Assembly (NCBI GenBank): GCA_963924565.1
Contig: OZ004612.1
Span: 23,870,001-23,934,000 of the forward strand
Source: Ascidiella aspersa
Lineage: Eukaryota
Direction of reading: 5' to 3'
Length of the DNA: 64,000 nt
Below, piece by piece: positions 23,601-35,200 of the stretch. The translations under genes were made by a program, and so were the position numbers. Below the pieces are notes generated by a model that saw nothing but the letters and a program-made list of their open reading frames with translations, had not been told where the DNA came from and searched no databases. The first letter of the stretch is position 1, and each line of letters opens with the position of its first letter.

Positions 23601-25939
23601 AGTTAAAAAAATTTGCACTTACCTGGTAAAAATAAACTTTTTTAGCAATTTTAAGTTGACTTGGCAAAATTATAAATTTGATTGTTCCTCACACGAAATA
23701 ATATTTACAGCTTCATCAGTTTTTGGCTTATCGTTGATTAAAACATTGGGTGCACAGTTAAAGAACAGATAAACACAAAAAATAACAACAAAGCCTCTTC
23801 ATATAGTGTTGCAAATATCGTTCGTGTTGTTCGTTTACTTTTTAGTTATTACAAACCGTTACACATTCAATCGTAAAACCCCTTAGTGGCGAATTTGCAC
23901 CAACAACTGAATGGTATGTCATCACGGATATAGCACCTGTTAGTCTGCCAGTAATCTGCAGGATTTGTATTCGCCTCTGTCAATATTTATCTCCTTATAT
24001 TGTCTCAATTTCTTTAGTTCTATAAAATAGGGTGATATTTGCATGAACGGTTAATCGGTTTTTAGTTAGATTATTATTTAACAATATAAATTTGGGTCAG
24101 ATTAAAAAAATACATTAAACGAAACAATACAATACATTTTCTTGCATGCTGGTGGCAATATTTTCTGGATAAATTTGACTTGCCTTAAGATTGGTATATA
24201 CAGAATGCTTTAATTTCGACAAGATTGGTTTAATTATTTATCGTTCGAATAGGACTATTTGGTTAAAAAACATGTGTGCCTTTACCCAAATTTATTAACT
24301 TTTGATAAAGAACATTCATGCATTGAGATGAAGGTTGTTGTTAATGTTAATACAACAACAACAACTACATTTTCCTTAGAAACATTGATTAATTAGAAAG
24401 CATTTCAAACCGAAAACTTTGGACGTTAATTGTGGTTGTTCCCACCAAAAGTCTTCTGATCTTAAATCTACCAACGAAAACGCGACTTGGGCAAATTTGA
24501 ACAAGCTGCTTGTGTAACAACTTGTCATCGTTTTGTACCTGCAGCTAGTCCCCTTTGATGACGCGCAGCACTTGTTGACGAACAATGGCCGTTGTTTATT
24601 TGACTTCCGTTACAGGTTTTGAAACACGCTGCTGCTGCTTGCTGTTGACACCTGGCTCCGTTTTTGTTGATTCTCGGTCGTGAATGCTTGATGCTTTAGT
24701 AAATACGCCGTGTTCGGACTGGGGCACGGTGGAATTGAATACCTGCCAGCTGGGAGTTTTTCCGTACGGACCTGAATGTAGCGAATTTCACGACCTGCCT
24801 ATTCCCACAGAACACAGCTGTTGCAATTCGCATATAACGATTCACGTGTCTTTTTTTATTGCAATAATAAGACACGAACCATTTTTTTAATATACTTTGA
24901 TTTTAAGCGAAAATATTTGTATTTCATACATAAATTAAACAAGCAAAATAATCCAAACAAAATATAAAAAACATTATATTTGAGTCTTAAGCTTTTCAAA
25001 AATCGAAATAAGGCAAATATTTGCCTTCTAAAATGCTACCAAAGCAGTTTAATGAAATATCCTTCAAAATTACGTCTTAAATTGTCCTTTTTTTGGATCC
25101 GTTTAAAACTAGTATAGTTCAAGAAGAGTAAAGCATACGGCTGCCTACTATTTTTTAAAGTGTAAATTTACATCAAGAGAAAATTAGGATTTCGAAGCAA
25201 GACCTAATTGGGGATGATTGGCTGAACAAAAAAAAACTGTAGGTGTGTTTTAAATTTACGGTTAATACTTCCTAAAAAAGTTTTGATTTGCACGGGCAAG
25301 AAGATTCTCGCTGGCAAAGTGTTTCTATTCTTTCTGTGCGACTTAGAAAATCAAACCAAATCCGACCCAGCAGCATCATAACGGCGACAATAAGCCGTAA
25401 GGTTCGGCGCAGCGGCAGACAATTCCGAAATCTGCCGGGCCAAAAGAGCAAAAGCAAACAAGCCCCGAAAACGCGAGATAGACGCAAATGCCGGGTCGCT
25501 GGAAACGGGAAGAATCTTCACCAAGTGCTGTGGTCAGCTCCCGTTAAGTCCGAGCCTGTGGCTTCTCGCGCCCGCCGCCTTTACGAGGGCGCCCTTCAAA
25601 AGCGACGGGCCTGGCTTGATTGTTTGGTGCGATTCTGACGCAACAGTGTCGAATCGAGTCGGGGTCGAGTTCTAGTCGCAATCCCTTGGGTAAACAAGCC
25701 TATGCAGGCCAGCGAGTCGTGAGACTTCCTTGTTCGCGAGCTCGTAGTGGAGCGACCGGAGTCGACGAACTGGCTGTTGACCCGCCAAAGACGCTCTAAT
25801 TAACTTTTGCGTGACGGTCGAACTTGACCATGAGGCTCGGATAGGCTACAGTCAATTAATTCCTTCGATGAAAATTGCAAGGAAACCAGAAACCAGTGAT
25901 TATGAAACTTTTTGAACCAAGCCCCACTGTCATTTGAAT

Positions 25940-26830
25940 AAATATGTCAGCCCCTTCGAAAATACAACATGTCATAAGAATACGATATCGCCCTGTCATA
26001 AGAAAAACACCAATGCCCAACCTTGAACATCGCCACTCTAAACATTCGTTCTGTTAGTGAACGCTGTGACTCTTTTTTATTTTCAATAATATTATTTTAC
26101 GATATTTATTCCACAAAAAATTAATGTTTGAAACTCTGACAAAATGCAGCGTTTAATGTCACTTTTGCCAAGACTTCATATATGAATCATTTACTCATTA
26201 AAAGGATTAAACAAAAAATGTCAACACTGTTGTTTATAAAAAAATATTTCAGCCCCCTTTGGATCTACAACATGTCATAAAAAAACGTTATCGCTTTGTC
26301 ATAAGAAAAACACCAATGTCCAGCCTTGAAAATCAGCACTCTGAACATTCGTTCTTTTAGTAAACACTGTGACTCTTTGTTATTTTCCAAATATTGTTTT
26401 ACGATATTTATCGTTTTGAACTAATGTTTGGAACTTTGGCAAAATGCAGCGTTTTATATCACACTTGCCAAGGCACCAACGTGCGATTCTCAAAACATGT
26501 CAACACTGTTGTTTAAAAAAATATTTCAGCCTCCCCCAGAACTACAGCATTACATAAAAATATGAAATCGCTCTGTCATGAAAAAAAAAACACTAATGTC
26601 CCACCTTTAAAAACATACTCTTATTCGCTTTTTCAGTAAACGCTGTGGTTCGCTTTGCAGTTCTAAAAACATATTTGCAATATTTATCCCGTAAAAATAT
26701 AAAGATTGAAGCTTTGACAGAATGCAGCGTTGAATATCACTTTTGCCAAGGCACTAATGCGTGGGTCTGCGAAAGGCGTCTGTGAAAAACTTACTCATCA
26801 AAGGTGGTAAACAAAAAATCCCAACATTCC
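25940..26830. repeat. Diverged tandem array, 3 units of about 280-300 bp
   Basis: Units start aaatat(g/t)tcagcc at about 25940, 26241 and 26518 and share ctgtcataagaaaaacaccaatg, aaacgctgtg and aaatgcagcgtt..tcacttttgccaag. Confidence 0.88.
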
Positions 26831-28379
26831 CGATTTTCATTTTTTATCAAAAGCGTCACTGAAACGTTTCAAATTGGAAGGGCTCAAATTGGATGCGCCG
26901 AGTGCAAAGTCAAACAAGTAAACGTACTCGGAAATCAAATGAACATATTTCACTTTGATCAAGATCAAGTCGTCAGGCATTAGATGGACAGATAGGCGGT
27001 CTTCTAACTTGACTCTGTAATACCGTTAGGGCGTTTAGAGGCCTTTAATTTCGCACCGACCGCAACCTTGAACTTGATAAGATATCGTTCACGATAGAGA
27101 TGGCGATATCGATCGGCTCCTGTTTGATGATTGAACCGCATCACGCAAATGAAGTCCATTAGAACTTTAAGGCGGCCACAAACTGCTTTCAAGTTTTGAA
27201 AATATATTTTTTAACATTAAAAAAATATATTTTTTAAACTCTTTCGTTAGATTCCCACAATAATATACAAGTTAGTTAAAACTGTGGCTTTTGTTTTTAA
27301 GTTGTGTTGTAGCTCAAGATTTGCGAAAAAACATGCCATACTTACCACATATAGTGTATGCATCAAATTTGAACACAAAACATCTTACGATGGTATGCAC
27401 CATCACTAAATGTAAACTGGCCTTTTCCGATTAAATTTCCGATTCTTTCGGCACAGTGAGATGCGCGTATAGGAAATCTCGACACCTTCCCTTCAATGCA
27501 CAAACAATGTCCCGCAAGGTGTGCAACCCACTTTCCCTTGTCCACGTGGTTGGCCGGATGTTCCCTTCTCACCATGCTGATTTTACGCCAAGGTGTGTGC
27601 GATTCGGAACTCCATGCAGCGAAAGCAAATAGAAAAATATGTCTGAATCCACTTTATGGGCCCACCCTTTGCACAAAGATGTTGTGTGAATTAATTGCAA
27701 ATTACCGAAATTTAATTTTCAAGTACGTTAGTAAGCGTAGCGAAAATATATCAGGTAAAATTTTAAAAATTAAATCTACAAAACGATAAATAATAGATTG
27801 GCAAAACTCTATAGAAATGAGCACACTCATAAACTGAGCGTAAAACACATACAAAAAATGGTAAAAACATTTTGGGTACCACAATCGTGTTACTTTTTCA
27901 ATGAATTTGAATTTAAAATCCTGTAAAAAATTTATAGACTCAACAGTCGAAATAATATATATATATATAAAAGGTCGTAAAAAATTGTTATAATAAGTTA
28001 CGGTTTATTTTTATATACTTTGTAATACTTTAATATTATTATTTGGTGATACCTTTATTATTAGTTTTTTTTCGAACAAGTATATTCCGTTATATTGTGG
28101 AAGGGAGCAGCCTATTTTTTAATAGTGAGAATAATTTATTATATGGATATCTAGTAGAAACCTAAAAAGGTGCAAATATTTTTTGTGTGATACAATATAG
28201 CGAATAGATTTTGCAAGTGTTGGAGCAACAAAACAGCACCAGGTGCAACATCGTTATCTGGGCATCTTACTGGCAACGAAAAATGGAAAGTGCTATACAC
28301 ACTCTAAACTGCCCCAAAGTGTAAATTAGAAAACTCCCGAATACAGGTCGATTCGTATGGTTTAGAATTCACCCGAAGT

Positions 28380-28640
28380 CGGCGCGAACTTCAACCCAAG
28401 CGATTCCTTATCGTACGTGTTGGGGCACCGCCTCATCAAAGCCCCGGACGGCCACGCTTCAGATACGCCAGCCAATCGGCGGCGGGCTTCTAATGGTGAC
28501 CAGGGCCTGACCGGCCGCTTGGGCGTGAGAAAAGCCGGCCTTGATCATTGGGAGAAAAAAGAATAGAAGAGCCGGCGCTCCGGACGATATAAGCGAAGGT
28601 CTGAGGGTCAGTACAGCATTCCAGCGACATTCAGTGTTCA
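28380..28640 (+). promoter_or_regulatory. Putative FoxA core/proximal promoter
   Basis: GC/CpG-rich island with a Tcf-type ATCAAAG (28435), CCAAT box (about 28472), TATA-like GATATAAG (about 28586) and initiator-like CATT/TCAGT about 30-45 nt downstream. Confidence 0.5.
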
Positions 28641-28709
28641 ATCTAGTCAGCTAGCTGTACACGTAAAGGATTTAAATCCTGTTTTGTATTTGTCGTTTAT
28701 AAAATTCAG

Positions 28710-29697
28710 GTTTACTTAAATTGTTTAAAATAGCAAGAAGTCTTCTTGGTTTGAATGACAAGAAATCTTTTTAATTTGAGAGATAGACGGGGATAAAAGA
28801 TTTTGACAATTTAAGCAGCGACTATATATTTGCATCTTTTAATTTATTTTCCAGAATTTAATTTGCAAAGTTAGTTCTTCGGGTAAACTGTTACGTATAG
28901 GTCTGTGATGAAAATTCGATATAGTCAAGTGTAAATGTAAACCTAAAGTAAAAGGCAATAGGAAGGAAGTTTAAAAAATACTTCTCTATCTTGCAGGAAA
29001 AATAATCATTTGCACGTTCGGATGAAGTTTCAACAGAGGCAAAGTGTAAATGTAAAGTATCAGGCGATAGACAAGTAGTATACAAAGTAGTTCCATTCCC
29101 GTTCTTGCAGTAAAAATATTCAATTGCAAGTTCGAAATTTTCAATTGCAAGCGAAAAAATTCGAATCTTTAATCTAAGTGGAAATAAAGTTTTACAATCG
29201 CTCGGTTTTATTTAAAACGATTAAGGCACTTTATCCGCACGCGGTCGCTGAAGGGCCGAGCTACCGGGCTGCTATTTTGCGAAGCGCAGGCAATCTATTC
29301 CAGTCAGGTATAGCTTCGGCCAATAGGGCTCGGGTGAAACAGTAAACGTCGGGCGTTGAACCGAGCCGGGCGACGGCTCTCGATTCCTTGCGCAAATATT
29401 TGGCAAGTGCCACCCGTGACTTTATTGCCGGGCACATTTGGGGCGGAATCAAAGGCAGCTGCAGGAAACTTGAGCGTTTGTGGTTCAATGATAGTCGTTT
29501 GACTACTTTCGATGTCAATTTGGGAAGAGGCGATTAAAATCGCAGCAATACTCAGGTTGAAATTTGAGCACCTTTTAGTTTTCGAAAAGCTTTGTTTTGA
29601 GTAATGTGTTGAGCCGTATTGTTTCCAAGAGTTTTTTATGGTGTCAGATAGATTGCAGCAAACCGAAAATTAACCCGAATTATCTTTGCATTTACAG
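28710..29697 (+). other. Putative 5'UTR intron of FoxA (or a trans-splice acceptor at 29697)
   Basis: Strong acceptor tatctttgcatttacAG ending at 29697, about 155 nt before the ATG; the candidate donor CAG|GTTTAC at about 28710 is weaker. Confidence 0.45.
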
Positions 29698-29851
29698 ACG
29701 TAATTGCTTTCACGCTTGTTGACTATATATTGATTTTGCAAACGAACGTGACAAGAAGCGACCTTCAGCTCAAGCAATCAAAGCGACCAAACAAAAAAAC
29801 AAGCTCGACATATCACTGCTTTGCTGATTCGATCTCGTTGGCAAAAGCAAA

Positions 29852-31600
29852 ATGATGTTGTCTTCACCACCGTCCAAGTACCAGCCCTTCCAACAGTCAT
29901 ACGGCGGTAACATCGGAAACATTCCCAACGGAATGCAGGCCCCCTACGCCAACTCAATGAACTCGATCTCCATCGCTGCCGCTGGTAACCAGGTCGGATT
30001 TAACAACGTCGTCAACCAAGGCTACGGCGTTAACGCAGGCCACCCGGCCCACGGCGTTCAGATGACGGCCGCGGGAATGGGATCGCCCTATGCCGGCATG
30101 GCTCCCGGCGTCGGTCTGACGCCCAATATGGCGCTCATGTCGATTCGCCGCACTGAGAAGGCCTACCGCCGCAACTACACGCACGCCAAGCCGCCGTACA
30201 GCTACATCTCGCTCATTACCATGGCACTGCAGTCGTCCACCAGCAAGATGATGACTCTCAGCGAGATTTACAACTGGATCATGGACCTCTTTCCATTCTA
30301 CCGCCAGAACCAGCAACGCTGGCAAAACTCGATTCGTCACAGCCTCTCATTCAACGACTGCTTTGTCAAGGTTCCGCGCTCGGCCGACAAGCCAGGCAAG
30401 GGCTCGTACTGGAGTCTTCACCCAGACGCTGGCAACATGTTCGAGAACGGCTGCTACCTGCGTCGTCAAAAACGCTTCAAGAGCGAGAAGAAAATGAAGG
30501 GTTCAGGCACAGAAAATCTGCCATCGTTGGATAACTTGCACACCGACAGCACAAGCCCACCGCCTTCCCAGCCCGGCTCGGCGACCAGCAGCCCACCTGA
30601 CAGCCAAGCCGCTTATGTTGACTCAGATTCCAGTATTAAGTCGCCAGAAGTGGAAGTGTCAACCTCCACTACTGCCCACTACAACCACGTTCATGGCGCC
30701 ATCAACGTACAAGCCGGCCACGAGCGTCTAGCTATGCCTTCCCAGCAACAGGAACGCCAAATGTACCCCGGCCAGCACGTACCAAGCGACCAGAACGGCG
30801 ACAACCTGTTGACCATGTCATCGCAAAGCCACCAGCACCAGCACCACATCAGCCCATCGTCGGCTGGTTCAAGTTCACCGGTAAACAGCGAGGCGGTCGC
30901 CAGCCTCCATAATATGGCCCCTGTGTCGGACAAAAACGGCGAGGTGCCACACAGTTTGGCCGTGCGTACGCACAGTAGCGAGGCTCCAGTTTCGAATCCC
31001 AACCACCAGCAAGTAAACGGTCTTCAGCAGCACGAAACCCACGACTTTTACTCGCACTACGCCCAAGCTACCGCCTACGCCGCCGCTGTACAGCAGCACA
31101 ACCCTTTCGCAGCGGTGGCGGCCGCCCATTCCTTTGCCCCGCACCCGTTTTCAATCAGCAGCCTGATGAACGTGGCCGACCCATCGCAGCATCATGCTCA
31201 GCAGCAGACGCAGCACCACAACCTGCATCACACCCAGCAGCAGCACTACCCCAACACAAAGGAGCTGCGCGCCTACCAAGAGGCTATGCACTACTACAAC
31301 AGCGGCATGAACGGTTTTGGTGGCATTATTCCAACCACGGCCAATAGCGACGCGATGCCAACTCAGTGCTCCAACTCTCAGTCGCCCATCAACTCGGCGT
31401 CGTCGGCGGCATCGGTGTCGACACCATCGCCCGCGTCGTCCTCGTCGCTGAGCCATTACTCGGCGGCTTTGCACTACAACCCCCTGCAAATACCTGACCA
31501 TCACCACAGCGCGGTCCATGTGCAACCCTCACACGTTGAACATGCCGAACACCAGCAAGACGCCGCCAACTACTACCAAGGGTGCGTACCAGCAAACTAA
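29852..31600 (+). CDS. FoxA: Forkhead box A transcription factor (FoxA/HNF3, ascidian FoxA.a-type), 582 aa, uninterrupted CDS
   Basis: Canonical FoxA forkhead domain [20 protein letters not shown]...[54 protein letters not shown] (about 30170-30480); eh1/region [11 protein letters not shown]; C-terminal region III YYQG; ascidian-type N-terminus [16 protein letters not shown]; strong C/G third-position codon bias. Confidence 0.98.
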   Translation: MMLSSPPSKYQPFQQSYGGNIGNIPNGMQAPYANSMNSISIAAAGNQVGFNNVVNQGYGVNAGHPAHGVQMTAAGMGSPYAGMAPGVGLTPNMALMSIRRTEKAYRRNYTHAKPPYSYISLITMALQSSTSKMMTLSEIYNWIMDLFPFYRQNQQRWQNSIRHSLSFNDCFVKVPRSADKPGKGSYWSLHPDAGNMFENGCYLRRQKRFKSEKKMKGSGTENLPSLDNLHTDSTSPPPSQPGSATSSPPDSQAAYVDSDSSIKSPEVEVSTSTTAHYNHVHGAINVQAGHERLAMPSQQQERQMYPGQHVPSDQNGDNLLTMSSQSHQHQHHISPSSAGSSSPVNSEAVASLHNMAPVSDKNGEVPHSLAVRTHSSEAPVSNPNHQQVNGLQQHETHDFYSHYAQATAYAAAVQQHNPFAAVAAAHSFAPHPFSISSLMNVADPSQHHAQQQTQHHNLHHTQQQHYPNTKELRAYQEAMHYYNSGMNGFGGIIPTTANSDAMPTQCSNSQSPINSASSAASVSTPSPASSSSLSHYSAALHYNPLQIPDHHHSAVHVQPSHVEHAEHQQDAANYYQGCVPAN

Positions 31601-32234
31601 TACACCAAGGCTAACTCCAAGAGTGTTTCCCTATTACCGTTTCAAATCACCGTTTTTTTATAACACCTGATAGGTCTTGCATGTCGTCCTGGTATGAAAG
31701 CATGTGCGGCGGCAACTAAAAAGCTTTTGCGTGAAGTACAAATGTTATCACGGCACATTTGTGTCAACATTTGTTATTTTTATTCAAGTTTCCTTTTTGT
31801 GGTGTTGTGATGGGCCTAATATTATTATGTTTTTTTATTGCATATTTATTATTGAATTCATTTTGGCACCATTTTGAATATTTTGTCGCTAGAATTTTGC
31901 TCATTATACAACTAACTTGCAGTAACAAACACCAGGCTTCATTGAACCTTTCATTGCAATAACCTATGGTTGATATCTGCTAGTTCGCTACATTCATTGC
32001 CGAAACCACAATTTGCGTACACTGTCCGCTGCATAACAGTTGAAAGTATGGATATATGTTTCGTTTATATATGTTTTCAGCTTGTGCAATTATGATTGCA
32101 TGTGCTAACTCATTACAGTGCAACTCAAAAGTAATGCGCTGCATGTTTTTGTATGTGATTATGTACTTTGTTTTGTAAATAACGCATTGAAACTGTGCAT
32201 ATAATTACGCAAATAGTTCGTATCACAAACGAGC

Positions 32235-32240
32235 AATAAA
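32235..32240 (+). terminator. Candidate polyadenylation signal of FoxA
   Basis: AATAAA about 635 nt after the stop, following a U/GU-rich 3'UTR-like tract. Confidence 0.45.
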
Positions 32241-35200
32241 CTTTCATGTTATAAATTTGGTGGCATTTAAACAAGCAGAATCTCGCAGCTTAATATAAAT
32301 ACAGTAATAACTAGCTTTTTCAAAACTTTGCAACACCTTTGCCAATGTATGTATAAAAATGTTTTTCAGTTGTTCAAATATAACAAATGAATAACTAATA
32401 ACTTGTGAGATGCATGGACTTACAAACTCAACACAGAATATTTAATTTACTGTTTTAAGGTATGTGATAATTTACAGTGTGTTTACTACACTTACCACCT
32501 TGATAGTTTTATATTTTGTGGGGAAAATAGTTGTAATGTTATAGACCATAGCTCTTTAAAAAAAAGTACAAGCTTATCGAACAAAAACGCGCTCGACTCT
32601 TTATGTGGACCTATTTATGATAATTCAAATGAAAATCTAGAATCTAGTGGTTTTATCTAACTGAATTGCTTTCTTTAATAAGTAGATTTGCCTTTTTAAT
32701 TAGGCACAAACATCACACTGGACAGTTTAAGGAACTGTATAAACAAAATTATTAGATCTATTATTATTATTAGATCAAATATTAAAAAAATATATTTATT
32801 TCATATTTGAATGGCTTGGTGCTAAGTGCGAAACTCTAAGAACATGTTTTAATACTGTCTGTTGTTTTTAATTGTGTTTGCAAAAAGTGGGGATAACACC
32901 TATTCTCGTTCTTCATATCCAGTAGGCCTATGTGGTTAATTTTAAGAAACATAGCAACCTTTGCAAAAAAGTCGGACATTCGCCAACATTCACTATGACT
33001 TTTCATCACGACATTGAAACAATATAACTTACAGTTTACACTGAAACAAAACACACCTATAAATAATAGTATTTATACAAATATAACTTGGTTTGTTTTT
33101 CTCCTTGTATGGAAATATTAGTTAATATGTCAGACAGAACTAGCGAGTCATCCTTTTGTGAATAACAGTTCATTTTAATATCATTTAATGGTTAAAAATT
33201 GAATAATTTAGTTAACCTTGATTTTGTGCAAATATCCGCCATTTTGTTTGCGGTGTAATATGTCTGTGACTGGTTCAAGGTCATATCACGCTTGAGAGCT
33301 ACCAGCACTTAAGAGGCTAGACGATTAGCTTTATTGTAATGAGGCTGTTGGAGTCAGCAAGTAAATATCTTGCTAAGCTTGAGGTAAACAGGTTGTCGTT
33401 TTAATTCGAGACTTTATTTGTTTGTGATGTCTTTCGAGAAGGTGATTCATCAGCTATAATATTGGCTAAGTGTCTCTAAGTGTTCAGCCATGTACAATGA
33501 AGCAATAAAGTTTGTACGGAAACTGTTTTCGGTGTTCTCTTACTTTATGCACTTCGTTATTTGTGTAAAAACTTCGTTTTAAAATGTATTACAAATCACA
33601 CTTAACCTGTTCAAAAACAGTAGGCCTACTCCGTAATTTGGGATGCCTTTTGTTGCGATCCTATCTCGTTTTAAATTGCCTTGGCGCATATCTGGTTTTC
33701 GTGTTTAAACAAGAAACACCAGCTTCGGATCAGCTTTTGGAGCGGTTTAATGGTGTGTGTGCCGTATAAAACCCCTTTCGGTCTAGAAAAGCAACTAGAA
33801 ATCGCTAATGTGAGCGAAGCGCTCACGCCCGTGGTATTACGCCCTCGTTTTCACTTAAAGGCGTGTTGTGAGTTTGGCAAACAGGCTTAGGCGCGGCCAG
33901 ATGTATGGACACCCGATACCCGGGGCCGACGGCCACACGAGCCCCCGCCAGGCCCCGCTTCTGCCGATAATTTGGCACCCGGGTGGTAAAGGAGCTTTCG
34001 GACAGGCGAAGTGGCGAGTTTTCTGCATTCGTGCGTTCAGCAGGTCAGAAAATTGCTGTGATGGATCGGGAGGGGTTGGTTTGGATCGCGGTACGGTACG
34101 GAGTGGTGCACCTAAATGCCTTTCGAGGGCTGATGCTGTTGCTGCTATAGGGTGCTGCGTTCTTCTTGAGTTGAGCCTACTTCACGCTTGCAGAGAAGCG
34201 CGACGACAGGCAATAGTGGTACGCGGGCGCTAGTCTCATCACCTGCCCGACGAAAAATGTTAAGCAAGAAAACCGACAAAGCCTGTTGCGTGTTGACAGC
34301 GCGAAATTAAGTGGCTCTTAATTTCTAAAAATGAGTTGGTGTGCTTCCTAAAACATGCATGTCTTTATCGTGAGCACTGGTAATCCACTGATACCACCCA
34401 AGCAAATAAGACTCCATATAACAGCATTTTAATACCATAATATAAATTTTCTAAATTTAAAGGAACAGCCCGTTTTTAAGCAGTCTTTGATTATAATAAT
34501 TTAAATTAGTCACTAGTTGTTTAGAATCTGAATGGAAATTGTCCACCTAAGCTGGTAAATTTTAGTACCTTTTAAATATTGAGGAATATTTAAAATTATA
34601 AAACCCCTGGTTTACTATAAAGGTCACCAGTATTGGCAGGTCGTGAGTCTCTTGACTTCGGAAAGCAAACGCGCTGACGCTTGCGTCCTTTGAACTTTCG
34701 CCCGAAAAATCGGATAGCCCAATTTTCGCGAACTGCTTCGGAAGACAAAGTGCGTAACTTCGACGCTTGCGCGCGCATACATCACTGCTCGGCACACAAT
34801 GGTTGTGCACACATGGTAAGCAGGCTGAACACCTGCAGGTGAAAATTCTCGCCTGATTCATCACAACTTTCGTACCCGGTGTAAAATGGGTGGCACTGGG
34901 CCTCGTTCTATAGTCGTGGTCCCCCTCTAACCAACCCACCCCCTTTGCCGATTCGAAGTCTCGCGCTGTTACCTATTTAGCGTCCAGCCATTACGGCCTC
35001 TGTCAACAAGGCCGGCGCAGATAACAATTGACTGAGTGGCCGCGACGCGGGGCAATGGCCGCTCGCACCAAAGCCCAACGTCCGGTCGCGCCGACAGGCA
35101 CAAGCTACGCCCAAGACTTTGTAATATACCACTCGACTCTTTGCGCGTATACTGCATGAGAGTTGTTTTAACGTTGTTTGGGAGAATGTTCGGTTTTGAT

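Noticed and set aside
25940-26830. Regularly spaced repeats here and at 62916-63245 as a possible CRISPR-like array
   Set aside because: Whole units are duplicated with no unique spacers; eukaryotic context and no cas genes
29954-31595. Five antisense ORFs (68-128 aa) overlapping FoxA
   Set aside because: Expected shadow ORFs of a GC3-rich CDS; no recognisable motifs
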